64,000 bases of DNA, from assembly GCA_963750165.1 (NCBI GenBank), contig CAVVPN010000003.1, positions 2,368,001-2,432,000 on the forward strand. The letters are read 5' to 3'. Made by a program: the position numbers and the translations under genes. This stretch comes from an uncultured Gemmataceae bacterium (GTDB lineage: Bacteria; Planctomycetota; Planctomycetia; Gemmatales; Gemmataceae). Under the pieces are notes generated by a model. That model worked only from the letters and a program-made list of their open reading frames with translations, had not been told where the DNA came from and did not search any database. Below are positions 31,270-40,484 of the stretch, piece by piece; position 1 is the first letter of the stretch, and each line of letters begins with the position of its first letter.

Positions 31270-33335
31270 TGGCGGCGAAGCGAAACATCAGCCGGCGGAC
31301 GTTCCTCAAGGGCGCGGCCGCGGCGGCGGCGGTCGGCGCCGCGGCGGTGGGCACCGGCGTCTGGCTCGGCAGTCAGGGGCGCGTGTCGCGCACCGCCGGC
31401 AAGAAGGTGATCGTCATCGGCGTGGACGGCATGGATCCGCGGTTGTGCGAGTACATGCTCGAACAGAACCAGCTACCGAACCTGAAGCGGCTGCGCGACG
31501 CGGGCGGCTTCAGCGACCTGGCCACCAGTATGCCGCCGCAGAGCCCCGTCGCCTGGGCCAACTTCATCAACGGCGCCGGCCCGGGCGATCACGGCGTCTT
31601 CGACTTCATCCAGCGCCACCCCGACCGGCCGTGGAGCGACGAGATGCCGCTGAACCCGTTCTACGGCGGCTCGGAAACCTTGCCCGGCGTGGGCGCGTGG
31701 GAGGTCGGCGACTACAGCCTGCCGCTCGACTTCTGGCCGTTTAACCACCAGCCGCAGCGCACCATCCTGCGCCGCAAGGGGGTGCCGTTCTGGGATTTTC
31801 TGGACGCGGCGGGCGTGCCCTCGACGTTCTACGACCTGCCGTGCAACTACCCGCCGAGCCCGTCGCACCACGGCCACCACCGCTGCCTGTGCGGCATGGG
31901 CACCACGGACGTGATGGGCAGCGACCCGGGCCTGTACCAGTATTTCGCCCAGATCCTGCCCGCAGAGAGTGAGCGGCTGGCGGGCGGCACGCACACGCTG
32001 CTGGAGTTCACCGCGGACACGGCGCGGGTGCGGTTGGTCGGCCCCGTCAACAGCCTGCTCCGCAGTCCGCGCGCGACCGCGGTCGAGCTGCTCGTCCACC
32101 GCGACACCGAGGCGAACGCGGCGGTCCTCGAGGTGCAGGGGCGGCGCGTCGTGCTGCAGGCCGGCGACTGGAGCCGGTGGGTCAAGCTCGACTTCGAGAT
32201 CACCACCCCGACGCCGATTCCCGCGCGGCACGTCAGCGGCATTTGTCGCTTCTTCCTGAAGCGCGTCCGCGACAACTTCCAGCTGTTCGTCTCACCGATC
32301 AACATCGACCCGAGCAACCCCGCGGTGCCGATCTCCGAGCCGGGCTCGTTCGTGCAGGACCTGTCGAACGACCTCGGCCTGTTCTACACCACCGGCTTCC
32401 AGGAAGACTTCAAGGCACGCTACAACGACGTGTTCTCGGACGACGAGTACGCCCGTCAGGCGAACCTGGTGCTGGAGGCGCGCCTGGAAATGTTCAACCA
32501 CGCCGTCAACAACTACGACGACGGCCTGCTGTTCTTCTACTTCTCCAGCAGCGACCTGCAGTCGCACATGTTCTGGTGGAACGGCAGCGAGTCGCAACCG
32601 CGCCGCGAGGACGGCGTGGTGCGGCAAAACTTCGAGCGCGTGATGGGGCTGTACCAACGGCTGGACGCGGTGGTCGGCGACCTGCTGGGCCGCTACGGCA
32701 GTCAGGCGACCATCATCGTGATGAGCGATCACGGCTTCGCCAACTTCGGCCGGCAGTTCCACCTCAACACCTGGCTGCGCGAGGAGGGCTTCATTCAGCC
32801 GCAGGGGTGCCGCTCCATCATCGGCGAGAGCATTGAATGGGGGGCCACCACCGCGTACGGGCTGGGGCTCAACGGGTTGTATTTGAACCTGAAGGGGCGC
32901 GAGCCCGACGGCTTCGTTGAGCCCGCGAAGGTGAATGAGGTGCTGACGGACCTGAAGGACCGGCTTGAGCGGGTCACGGACCGGGACCGGGATGACGCGC
33001 CGGTGATCCGCACCGTCTACCGTGCGAACGAGATTTACACCGGCAGCGCGAAGGCGCTGGCGCCGGATTTGGTGATCGGCTATCACCGCGGCTATCGGGC
33101 GTCCTGGGAGACCTGCCTGGGCAACCTGCTGGAGCCCGGCGAGCCCGGGATTTCGGACAACGACAAGGCGTGGGCCGCCGACCACTGCGCCGACGCCCTG
33201 GAGGTGCCGGGCGTGTTGTTCTGCAACCGGCCGATCCGCGGCCGGCCGTCGCTGGTGGACGTGGCGCCGTCGATCCTCGCGGAGTTCGGGTTGGCGACGC
33301 CGGCGTCGATGGTGGGGCGGAGCATCTTTTCCTGA
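31269..33335 (+). CDS. Paralogous phosphodiesterase with Tat signal
   Basis: SRRTFLK twin-arginine motif; IGVDGMD, TSMPPQSPVAW, MSDHGF, WAADH. Confidence 0.88.
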   Translation: MAAKRNISRRTFLKGAAAAAAVGAAAVGTGVWLGSQGRVSRTAGKKVIVIGVDGMDPRLCEYMLEQNQLPNLKRLRDAGGFSDLATSMPPQSPVAWANFINGAGPGDHGVFDFIQRHPDRPWSDEMPLNPFYGGSETLPGVGAWEVGDYSLPLDFWPFNHQPQRTILRRKGVPFWDFLDAAGVPSTFYDLPCNYPPSPSHHGHHRCLCGMGTTDVMGSDPGLYQYFAQILPAESERLAGGTHTLLEFTADTARVRLVGPVNSLLRSPRATAVELLVHRDTEANAAVLEVQGRRVVLQAGDWSRWVKLDFEITTPTPIPARHVSGICRFFLKRVRDNFQLFVSPINIDPSNPAVPISEPGSFVQDLSNDLGLFYTTGFQEDFKARYNDVFSDDEYARQANLVLEARLEMFNHAVNNYDDGLLFFYFSSSDLQSHMFWWNGSESQPRREDGVVRQNFERVMGLYQRLDAVVGDLLGRYGSQATIIVMSDHGFANFGRQFHLNTWLREEGFIQPQGCRSIIGESIEWGATTAYGLGLNGLYLNLKGREPDGFVEPAKVNEVLTDLKDRLERVTDRDRDDAPVIRTVYRANEIYTGSAKALAPDLVIGYHRGYRASWETCLGNLLEPGEPGISDNDKAWAADHCADALEVPGVLFCNRPIRGRPSLVDVAPSILAEFGLATPASMVGRSIFS

Positions 33336-33368
33336 ATCCGAGCCCGAGCGAATGAAGGGACGAAGAAC

Positions 33369-33554
33369 GTGGAAAAAATCAAGATCGACGCCGCCCTGCT
33401 GGAGCGGGCGCAGCGCGCCGCCGTCGCCGCAGGTTACAGCAGCGTGGAGGAGTTCGTCGCCCACTGCGTCGAGCAGGGCATTCAGAAACTCCAGCTCGAC
33501 GAGGCGGAAACGCGCGTGGCGGACCAGCTGCGCGGCCTGGGGTACATCGAGTGA
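33369..33554 (+). CDS. Small RHH-like protein ending in QLRGLGYIE
   Basis: KIKIDAALLERAQRAAVAAGYSSVEEFV pattern. Confidence 0.65.
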   Translation: MEKIKIDAALLERAQRAAVAAGYSSVEEFVAHCVEQGIQKLQLDEAETRVADQLRGLGYIE

Positions 33555-34396
33555 TGAACGCGCTCGCACAGATCGTTGTCTGGCTGAACGGCGTGGCCGG
33601 GGCGCTCGGCGCGCTGCTGCTGGCGCCCATCGGTCTGTTGCCGGGCTGGCTGTCCGCGACGCTCGTGGCGGTCGTGACCGGTGTGCTGCTGCTGGTCATC
33701 TTCAAGCACACCTCCAACCAGCGGGCGATCAAGCGGGTGCGCGACGACATCAAGGCCCACCTGCTGGCGCTGAAACTGTTCAAGGACAACCTGCGCGTCA
33801 CCTTCCAGGCGCAGGGCGGTCTGCTGTCCGGCGCCGGCCGGCTGTTCCTGCTGGCGATTGTGCCAATGCTGGTCATGGCGGTGCCGGTGACGCTGCTGCT
33901 GGGCCAGCTGGCCCTGTGGTATCAGGTGCGGCCGCTGCGCGTCAACGAGGAAGCGGTCATCACCCTGAAGCTGAACGGCACTGACGCCGACCCCTGGCCC
34001 GACGTGCGCCTGGCGACGAACGACGCCGTCAAGGTGATGGTCGGGCCGGTGCGGGTCAAGAGTCAGCGCGAAATCTGCTGGGACATCAAGGCCCGCAAGC
34101 GGGGACAGCATCGCCTGGTGGTGCTGGTCGATGGCCAGCGCATCGAAAAGGAACTGGCGGTCGGCGACGGCTTCATGCGCGTCAGCGCGAAGCGGCCGGG
34201 CTGGGACGCGGCCGAGGCGCTGCTGCACCCGGGGGAGCCGCCGTTCGGCCCGGATTCGCCCGTGCAGTCCATTGAGATCGACTATCCGGAGCGGTCCTCG
34301 TGGGTGTACGGCAGCAATTCCTGGGTGATTTACTGGTTCGTGGTCTCCCTGGTGGCGGCCCTGGGCTTCCGCCGGTGGCTGGGCGTCAACGTTTGA
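33554..34396 (+). CDS. Membrane protein, possibly DUF106/EMC3 (Oxa1 superfamily)-like
   Basis: TM - charged helical hairpin - TM with Pro - soluble beta domain - WVIYWFVVSLVAALGFRRWLG. Confidence 0.55.
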   Translation: MNALAQIVVWLNGVAGALGALLLAPIGLLPGWLSATLVAVVTGVLLLVIFKHTSNQRAIKRVRDDIKAHLLALKLFKDNLRVTFQAQGGLLSGAGRLFLLAIVPMLVMAVPVTLLLGQLALWYQVRPLRVNEEAVITLKLNGTDADPWPDVRLATNDAVKVMVGPVRVKSQREICWDIKARKRGQHRLVVLVDGQRIEKELAVGDGFMRVSAKRPGWDAAEALLHPGEPPFGPDSPVQSIEIDYPERSSWVYGSNSWVIYWFVVSLVAALGFRRWLGVNV

Positions 34397-34488
34397 CCGG
34401 CCCCACCCGAGCCCGAGCGCCAGCGCGGGGCAGCGCTGGCGCTCGGGCTCGGACTCACAACCATGCTCCCTTCTCCGAGAGGCAACAC

Positions 34489-35070
34489 ATGTGTACCGAG
34501 GTCATCATCGTTTCGGGCTTGCCCCGTTCCGGCACGTCGCTCATGATGCAGATGCTGGAGCACGGCGGCGTCGCGGTCCTCACGGACGGCATCCGCACCG
34601 CGGACACGGACAACCCCCGCGGCTACTACGAATTTGAGCGGGTCAAGAAGGTCAAGACGGACACCGACTGGCTGTCGGCGGCCCGCGGCAAGGCGGTCAA
34701 GATGGTGTCGCAGTTGCTGTACGACCTGCCAGCGACCGAGACGTATCGCATCCTCTTCATGGACCGCGACCTGGACGAGGTGCTGACCTCGCAGGAAAAG
34801 ATGCTGGCCCGGCTGGGCCGCAGCGCCGCGCCGCGCGAGGAGATGAAACGGGCCTATACACTACACCTGGAGCGGCTGCACCGCTGGCTGCCGGCGCAGA
34901 AGCACCTGGCCGTCCTCGGCGTCAGCTACAATGACCTCCTGGGCCAGCCGCGCGACCAGGCGGAGCGCGTGGCCGCCTTCCTCGACAGCGCGGCGGACGT
35001 GGAGAAGATGGTGCAGACGGTGGACCCGTCCCTCTATCGCAATCGCAAAGTCGCCGCCAACCCCGCGTGA
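34489..35070 (+). CDS. Sulfotransferase-family P-loop protein
   Basis: VSGLPRSGTSLMMQML, NPRGYYE, MDRDLDEVLTSQ. Confidence 0.85.
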   Translation: MCTEVIIVSGLPRSGTSLMMQMLEHGGVAVLTDGIRTADTDNPRGYYEFERVKKVKTDTDWLSAARGKAVKMVSQLLYDLPATETYRILFMDRDLDEVLTSQEKMLARLGRSAAPREEMKRAYTLHLERLHRWLPAQKHLAVLGVSYNDLLGQPRDQAERVAAFLDSAADVEKMVQTVDPSLYRNRKVAANPA

Positions 35071-35097
35071 CGGCGGGCCCTTTCGCCGCACGGTTTC

Positions 35098-36945
35098 ATG
35101 CCGCAGCAGCTGTCCCTGACCACTGGCACGAACGGTACGCCGCTCCCGGGCGTCGCGGGCTGGCTGTGCCGCTACGTCCCGGCCCTGGACGCGCTGCGCG
35201 GCTACTCGCGGTCGGCGCTGCGCAGCGACCTGACGGCGGGGCTGACCGTGGCCGCCATCGCGGTGCCGCAGGCGATGGCCTACGCCAGTCTGGCGGGGCT
35301 GCCGCCGCAGTACGGCCTGTACACGGCCATTGTCATGACCGCCGTCGGGGCGTTGCTCGACTCGTCGCGGCTGCTCATCAACGGCCCGGTCAACGCCATC
35401 TCCATTGCCCTGCTCAGCGCCCTGGCCGTGGTGCCCGCCGCGGAGCGCGTGCAGGCCGCCGTGCTGCTGGCGTTCCTGGTCGGGACGATGCAACTGGGCA
35501 TCGCCCTGTGCCGCCTGGGCGATCTGACGCGCTATGTCTCACACAGCGTCATCGTCGGCTTCACCGTCGGCGCGGGCACGCTGCTGGTGCTCAACCAGCT
35601 GCGGCCGTTGCTCGGCCTGCAAGCGCGCGGCGGCCCCGAAGACCATTTCCTGATGCGCTTCTGGATGTCGCTGACGGAAAGCGGCGGCGTCCACGTGCCG
35701 ACCTGTTTGATTGGCGTTGGCACGATGGTCCTGGTGGCGGCGCTGCGGCAGTTCAACGGCCTGATGCGCCGCCGCGGCGCCCGCTTCCCGATCCCGCAAC
35801 ACCTGGTGGCACTGATCCTGATGTCGGTGCTGGTCTGGGCCGGCGAGCTGGACGAGCGCTTCGGCGTGCGCATCGTCGGCGCCATCCCCGCGGCGCTGCC
35901 GGGCTTCCGGCTGCCGGACCTGCGCTGGGAGCAGGTGCGGCTGCTGGCCGGCAGCGCTTTCGCCATCGCCATGCTCGGCCTGCTGGAAGCGCTGGCGATG
36001 GCCAAATCCATTGCGCACCGCACCGGCCAGCTGCTCGACGTCAATCAGCAGTGCCTGAGCGAAGGTGCGGCCAACCTGGCGGGCAGTTTCTTCCAGTGTT
36101 TTCCCGGGTCGGGCTCGCTGACGCGCTCGGCGGTCAACCAGCAGGCGGGGGCGGTCAGTCAGTGGTCGGGGGTGTTCGCGGCGATCACGGTCGCCGGCAC
36201 GGTGCTGTTGTTCGCGCCGCTGGCCCGATACATCCCGCGGGCGGCGCTGGCAGGCCTGCTGCTGCTGGCCGCGTTTCGCATGGTGGACTTCAAGCAACTC
36301 GTCTTCCACCTGCGCGCAACGCGCTTCGACGCCGGCCTGGTGATCGCCACGGCCGTGGCCGCCGTCGCGATCTCGGTGGAGTTCTGCATCGTCATCGGCG
36401 TCTTTCTGTCGTTCGCGCTGCACATGTCGCGGGCCGCGCCGGTGCGGGTCACGCCGCTGGCCGCGACTGCGGCGGACGGCGTTGTGGAGCGGACGGCCGC
36501 GGCGCCGGTGTGTGACCGGCTGCTCATTTACCGCCTGGAGGGGGAGGTGTTCTTCGGGGCCGAGCCCGAGTTGAAGCGGCACTTCGCCGCCATCGCTCAG
36601 GCCGCTCGCGGCTCCGTCCGTGCGGTCATCCTGATGCTGGAGGGGGCGCGAAACCCGGACGCCGCCTTCCTGAACGTGCTCGGGATGCTGGGCGACAACC
36701 TGCGGCAGCGGGACGTGGCCCTGCTGCTGTGCGGCGTCGGGCCGGAGCTGGGCCTGGCGCTGGCGCGTACCGGCCTCGAAGGCCAGATTGGTGAACAGCG
36801 CATTTTCTACGACCGGCCGACCCACGAGGTCAGCCGGCGCAACGCCGTGTTGTCCGCGTATCAGTTGCTCGGCGGCGGCCTGTGTCCGGTCTGCCCGCGG
36901 CGGCCGGGGCACGACACGCAGCCGGCGTATGATTACGACATTTGA
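35098..36945 (+). CDS. SulP-family anion (sulfate) transporter with STAS domain
   Basis: DLTAGLTVA..VPQAMAYASLAGLPPQYGLY, NGP, GSGSLTRS, GEVFFGA. Confidence 0.93.
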   Translation: MPQQLSLTTGTNGTPLPGVAGWLCRYVPALDALRGYSRSALRSDLTAGLTVAAIAVPQAMAYASLAGLPPQYGLYTAIVMTAVGALLDSSRLLINGPVNAISIALLSALAVVPAAERVQAAVLLAFLVGTMQLGIALCRLGDLTRYVSHSVIVGFTVGAGTLLVLNQLRPLLGLQARGGPEDHFLMRFWMSLTESGGVHVPTCLIGVGTMVLVAALRQFNGLMRRRGARFPIPQHLVALILMSVLVWAGELDERFGVRIVGAIPAALPGFRLPDLRWEQVRLLAGSAFAIAMLGLLEALAMAKSIAHRTGQLLDVNQQCLSEGAANLAGSFFQCFPGSGSLTRSAVNQQAGAVSQWSGVFAAITVAGTVLLFAPLARYIPRAALAGLLLLAAFRMVDFKQLVFHLRATRFDAGLVIATAVAAVAISVEFCIVIGVFLSFALHMSRAAPVRVTPLAATAADGVVERTAAAPVCDRLLIYRLEGEVFFGAEPELKRHFAAIAQAARGSVRAVILMLEGARNPDAAFLNVLGMLGDNLRQRDVALLLCGVGPELGLALARTGLEGQIGEQRIFYDRPTHEVSRRNAVLSAYQLLGGGLCPVCPRRPGHDTQPAYDYDI

Positions 36946-37134
36946 ATTCCCAGGCTCACCGAGCAGGAAATTCAGCAAGTCAAGTCAAATCGCGACCTAT
37001 ATTTCTGTGGGCCGATCAACGCGACGGCACCGCAGCAGCACCTATCGTTGATCCGTATCTCGACGAGGGGCGGCCGCGTTCGACCGCCACCCTGCCGCTG
37101 ACGGTGCCTTCGTCACTCAAGAAAGGTGGCACTG

Positions 37135-37863
37135 ATGAGCGAATCGCACCGCGACCCCATTCCGTCGTCTCCTCGTCTGGCAACCTCTCACGGCGGCACG
37201 AGGGCGCTGTCCCGACTGGGCTGCTGCCTGTTCGTGGGCACCCTGCTCACCGCGCTGATCGGAACCGCCGCCGCGCCGGCGCATTTCCAGCAAGGCAAGG
37301 ATGACGAGAAAAAGGTGAAGCGCAAGCCCACCTACAACCTCATGCCCATCATCGATCCCGTGCGCGACGCCGTCCGTGGCAAATGGGAGGTGACCAAAAA
37401 CGGCCTCCGTTGCGATACGCAACACTTCGTGCCGCGCATCCAGGTGCGGTACGAGCCGCCGGCGGAGTACGATTTTATTATCAAATTCTCGCAACCGAAG
37501 TTGCGTCATGCCGTCGCGGCCATCCTGCCCAACCCCCGCGGCGGCTCCTTCGTCTGGAAAGTCGGCGTCCAGAATGGCAACAACTTTGAACTCATGTCCA
37601 ACCCCACCCAGATCGTGAAATCCCCCGGGCTTATCAAGATCAACACGGTCCACACGACCGTTGTGCAGGTCCGCCGCAACTATGTCCGCTGTCTGCTCGA
37701 CGGCAAGGAACTCCTCAAGCGGCAGACCGATTTCAAGGATCTGACCTGTGACAGCTGGCACAAGATGAAGGACACCAGTTTGCTGGCTGTGGCCTGTGAC
37801 GACCCCACGGTGTTCCACGCGATCTGGATTACCGAGGTCACCGGATCGGGCAAAAAACGCTGA
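37135..37863 (+). CDS. Secreted hypothetical protein (ConA-like beta domain possible)
   Basis: Signal/TM segment followed by a beta-rich domain. Confidence 0.7.
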   Translation: MSESHRDPIPSSPRLATSHGGTRALSRLGCCLFVGTLLTALIGTAAAPAHFQQGKDDEKKVKRKPTYNLMPIIDPVRDAVRGKWEVTKNGLRCDTQHFVPRIQVRYEPPAEYDFIIKFSQPKLRHAVAAILPNPRGGSFVWKVGVQNGNNFELMSNPTQIVKSPGLIKINTVHTTVVQVRRNYVRCLLDGKELLKRQTDFKDLTCDSWHKMKDTSLLAVACDDPTVFHAIWITEVTGSGKKR

Positions 37864-37864
37864 C

Positions 37865-38331
37865 CGTCGCGGAGCGCTCCCTGAGCTGGTTAGCGCGGTT
37901 CGCAGGCGGAGCGCGCACGGGTGGGGCGACGGGCACGGCTTGACCACCAGCGGCCTGCACTGCCACAGCAAGGGGGCCAAGGGGGCCAAGGGGGCCAGCT
38001 TTTTCATACGTCGAGAGTTGGCAACCTGGCTCCGTGGGGGTGGCACGGCGCGACAACCACCGGCGGCGGTTGCCACAGCAAGGACGCCAAGAACGCCAAC
38101 TTTTTCATACGTCGAGATGCGGCGCCTGAGAGCGCTGGCCTGCCGTTCGTGGTCCTTGCGACGGCAAACTGCTCCAGGGCCCACCCCGTTTTCCCCGCGC
38201 TGAAGGGGCACAACCGCGTTCGTGGTTGTGCCCCTTCAGCGCGGAACAGCAGCAGAGGTTGGGGCCCTGGCTCAGAGGGAAAAGGGGACGCGGACATTTA
38301 TCGGGGAGGAAATATGTCCGCGTCCCCTTTT
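37865..38331. repeat. Cluster of dispersed repeats and REP palindromes
   Basis: Two 9-mer/ACGTCGAG units, palindrome 38195-38244, AAAAGGGGACGCGGACAT...ATGTCCGCGTCCCCTTTT 38280-38331. Confidence 0.85.
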
Positions 38332-38401
38332 GATCCCCTCTTTTGTTCCCTTTATGTTTAGCATTTGTTAACTTTTCTCTCCGCACCCAGGCGGTTTTTT
38401 C

Positions 38402-38430
38402 TTGACACCTGCTGTGCAGGCCGGTAACCT
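38402..38430 (+). promoter_or_regulatory. Sigma70 promoter, candidate cassette promoter (Pc)
   Basis: TTGACA-17 bp-TAACCT upstream of the cassette array. Confidence 0.7.
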
Positions 38431-38503
38431 TGCGAAAAATGCCCTGGCGGGGGAGCGTGCGCCCCGAGCAGATCCAGCGAAGATGGTCGTGATAAGAACG
38501 TCG

Positions 38504-38649
38504 GTTATTACCGCGTTATCAGGCACCGGCGGCGGATTCCGGCGGATTCACCGGCTGATTTTGGCGGATTCGCCCCTGGGTGCGTCCAGCAATGCCTGTT
38601 ATTATCACGTTATATGGCGCAGCGGGCGCCATATAATCACATGTTCGGC
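38504..38649 (+). other. attI-like site
   Basis: ATATAAT-CACAT-GTTCGGC simple site (38631-49); direct repeats GTTATTACCGCGTTAT 38504-19 / GTTATTATCACGTTAT 38598-613. Confidence 0.55.
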
Positions 38650-38681
38650 GGTTGACCCATTCCACCCTGAGGGTTCTCTTC

Positions 38682-39344
38682 ATGTTCATCACTCGTCTCC
38701 TATTGAGTCCGGTCACGCTGATCATGGTTGCCGCAACTCCGATCACTGCACAGGACAAGAAAGGCCCCTCGGGCGCGGAACGGGCGCAGTTCCGCCCGAA
38801 AGGGTTCACCGGGAAACTAACGCAGTACGATCTGGAGATGGTGTTTCAGGAAAACAAGAAGAAGGCGGCGGCAGCCAAGGCCCACAACTTTTCGAGTTTC
38901 CTGGTCAAGGAGTTCAGCGAACGCTATTATCCGAAGGCGGAATTCCAGTGGCACCAGGCTGGAGGCAGGCACAATGTCGGGATTCGCAAGAAGGACGAGA
39001 ACACGGTCCAGGAGATCTTTCTCAGTTGGACGAGCCTGAGCGATGGACTGGAATGGGGGTTCTTCAACGGCGAACTCGAACGCACGACGAAAGCCGATCG
39101 GTTCGCGATCATCACGGATGCCGAGGTCGCGAAGAAAATCAAGAAAAGCCTGCTCGACCGGAAGTTGATTGACGATCCGAAAGACGCAACGGATGTGTTC
39201 AGCTACAGGACGAGATCCTTCAGCACCGGACAGAAAACTTCAGGTTTGACGTTCCCAGCCAAGGACCTTGGAGAAACCAAATATGGCGTCTCCGTCGGAG
39301 ACAAGGTTTATTTCTTCACGGCTCAAGGCGAGGAAACGAAGTAG
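38682..39344 (+). CDS. Cassette 1: secreted hypothetical protein
   Basis: Signal peptide; lower GC; starts 33 nt after GTTCGGC. Confidence 0.75.
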   Translation: MFITRLLLSPVTLIMVAATPITAQDKKGPSGAERAQFRPKGFTGKLTQYDLEMVFQENKKKAAAAKAHNFSSFLVKEFSERYYPKAEFQWHQAGGRHNVGIRKKDENTVQEIFLSWTSLSDGLEWGFFNGELERTTKADRFAIITDAEVAKKIKKSLLDRKLIDDPKDATDVFSYRTRSFSTGQKTSGLTFPAKDLGETKYGVSVGDKVYFFTAQGEETK

Positions 39345-39410
39345 CCGTTCGCGGTCATCAAGAGAATAAGAGAAAAGGGGTCAGGTTGGCGGGAAAAACA
39401 AGAAAACCGG

Positions 39411-39500
39411 CCCGAACCAGGTGTTGCACGTGACGGGCAATCTAAGGTCAATCTGAAAACAATAAGTCGAGCGGCCCGCTCGTGAACTTTGTTGTTCGGC
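39411..39500 (+). other. attC site
   Basis: CCCGAAC...TGCACGTGACGGGC / GCCCGCTCGTGAAC...GTTCGGC imperfect hairpin. Confidence 0.85.
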
Positions 39501-39524
39501 GACAGGCTCAAACGGGGGCCGAAA

Positions 39525-40109
39525 ATGCGAGTGCTTTTGCTTTCCATGTTCGTTATAGCTCTGCTCGCCCAATCAAATGCCATCGGTGGCGATGCCCCCA
39601 TTCCGCCCAAATCCTACACACAGACGTCTGCCGATGGCAAGTATGTGTTCGTGATGCTCGCTCCTAAGAAGTTCCGCGGCACGAACGATCCACGTTATCC
39701 CAAGAGCGGCCTATACAAGAACGATGGATCCAAGGAGCCACTGTGGACGGTTGACTGGTATTGTCGCGATGTGCTTGTCTCAACCAACGGCGATCACGTC
39801 GTGAGGATTGAGCGTGACTTGTTTACCGAGGCAGCGCTTGATGATCCGTTACGGCAAGAAGATCTCAAGCGAGTCGTCGTGGCAACCTACTGGCGTGGCA
39901 AACCCCTAACAGAGCAGACTCTCGGCAGCCTGGTCGCTCGTCCGGAACTTATTCGCCGGAAGTCAGGACCTGGAGCCTCAAAGCGCGTGATCTGGCTAGT
40001 TGGCGAGTCAAAGCTGTTGGAAAAGGAGCGCCGCTTTGAAATACCGACAGGTGATGGTCGTGTCGTCGTCTTGGATCTTGGCACCGGAAAAATAATCAAG
40101 AGGAATTGA
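39525..40109 (+). CDS. Cassette 2: secreted hypothetical protein
   Basis: Signal peptide, SADGKYVFVM, YPKSGLY, PLWTVDWY. Confidence 0.8.
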   Translation: MRVLLLSMFVIALLAQSNAIGGDAPIPPKSYTQTSADGKYVFVMLAPKKFRGTNDPRYPKSGLYKNDGSKEPLWTVDWYCRDVLVSTNGDHVVRIERDLFTEAALDDPLRQEDLKRVVVATYWRGKPLTEQTLGSLVARPELIRRKSGPGASKRVIWLVGESKLLEKERRFEIPTGDGRVVVLDLGTGKIIKRN

Positions 40110-40256
40110 AATAGGCGACGACTACGTAGGCCGCCGGGAAAAATCAAAGGGGTCGGGAGTCGATTCCGGAAAACATCAGAGCCGAACCAGAGTGCTGCTG
40201 CGGACGGGCCATCTGAGTCTACTCGGACACCTTAAGTCGAGTGGCCCGCCGCAGAG

Positions 40257-40484
40257 TTCTCCATGAAACCAATTTCCCCCTGATCGATGAAAAGGAGGCG
40301 AGCTAGGATAGAGGGCGTCTGGGGACGTGCTGTGGTCGTGACTTAGCTGGTGCATCGTGCCCGACGCAGAGTTGGACCCGGACGCCGCGAGGCACCCTGA
40401 TTTGGGCGCAGCGCCCATATGCCCGTGTGGGAGACTCCACCACCGCCGGCGTCTGCATGCTCCCTGGGCGTCTGGAGAACTCCG
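40257..40484 (+). ncRNA. Putative bridge/seek RNA region
   Basis: Segments matching the target (40340-48, 40359-71) and the circle junction (40427-33, 40473-83). Confidence 0.6.
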
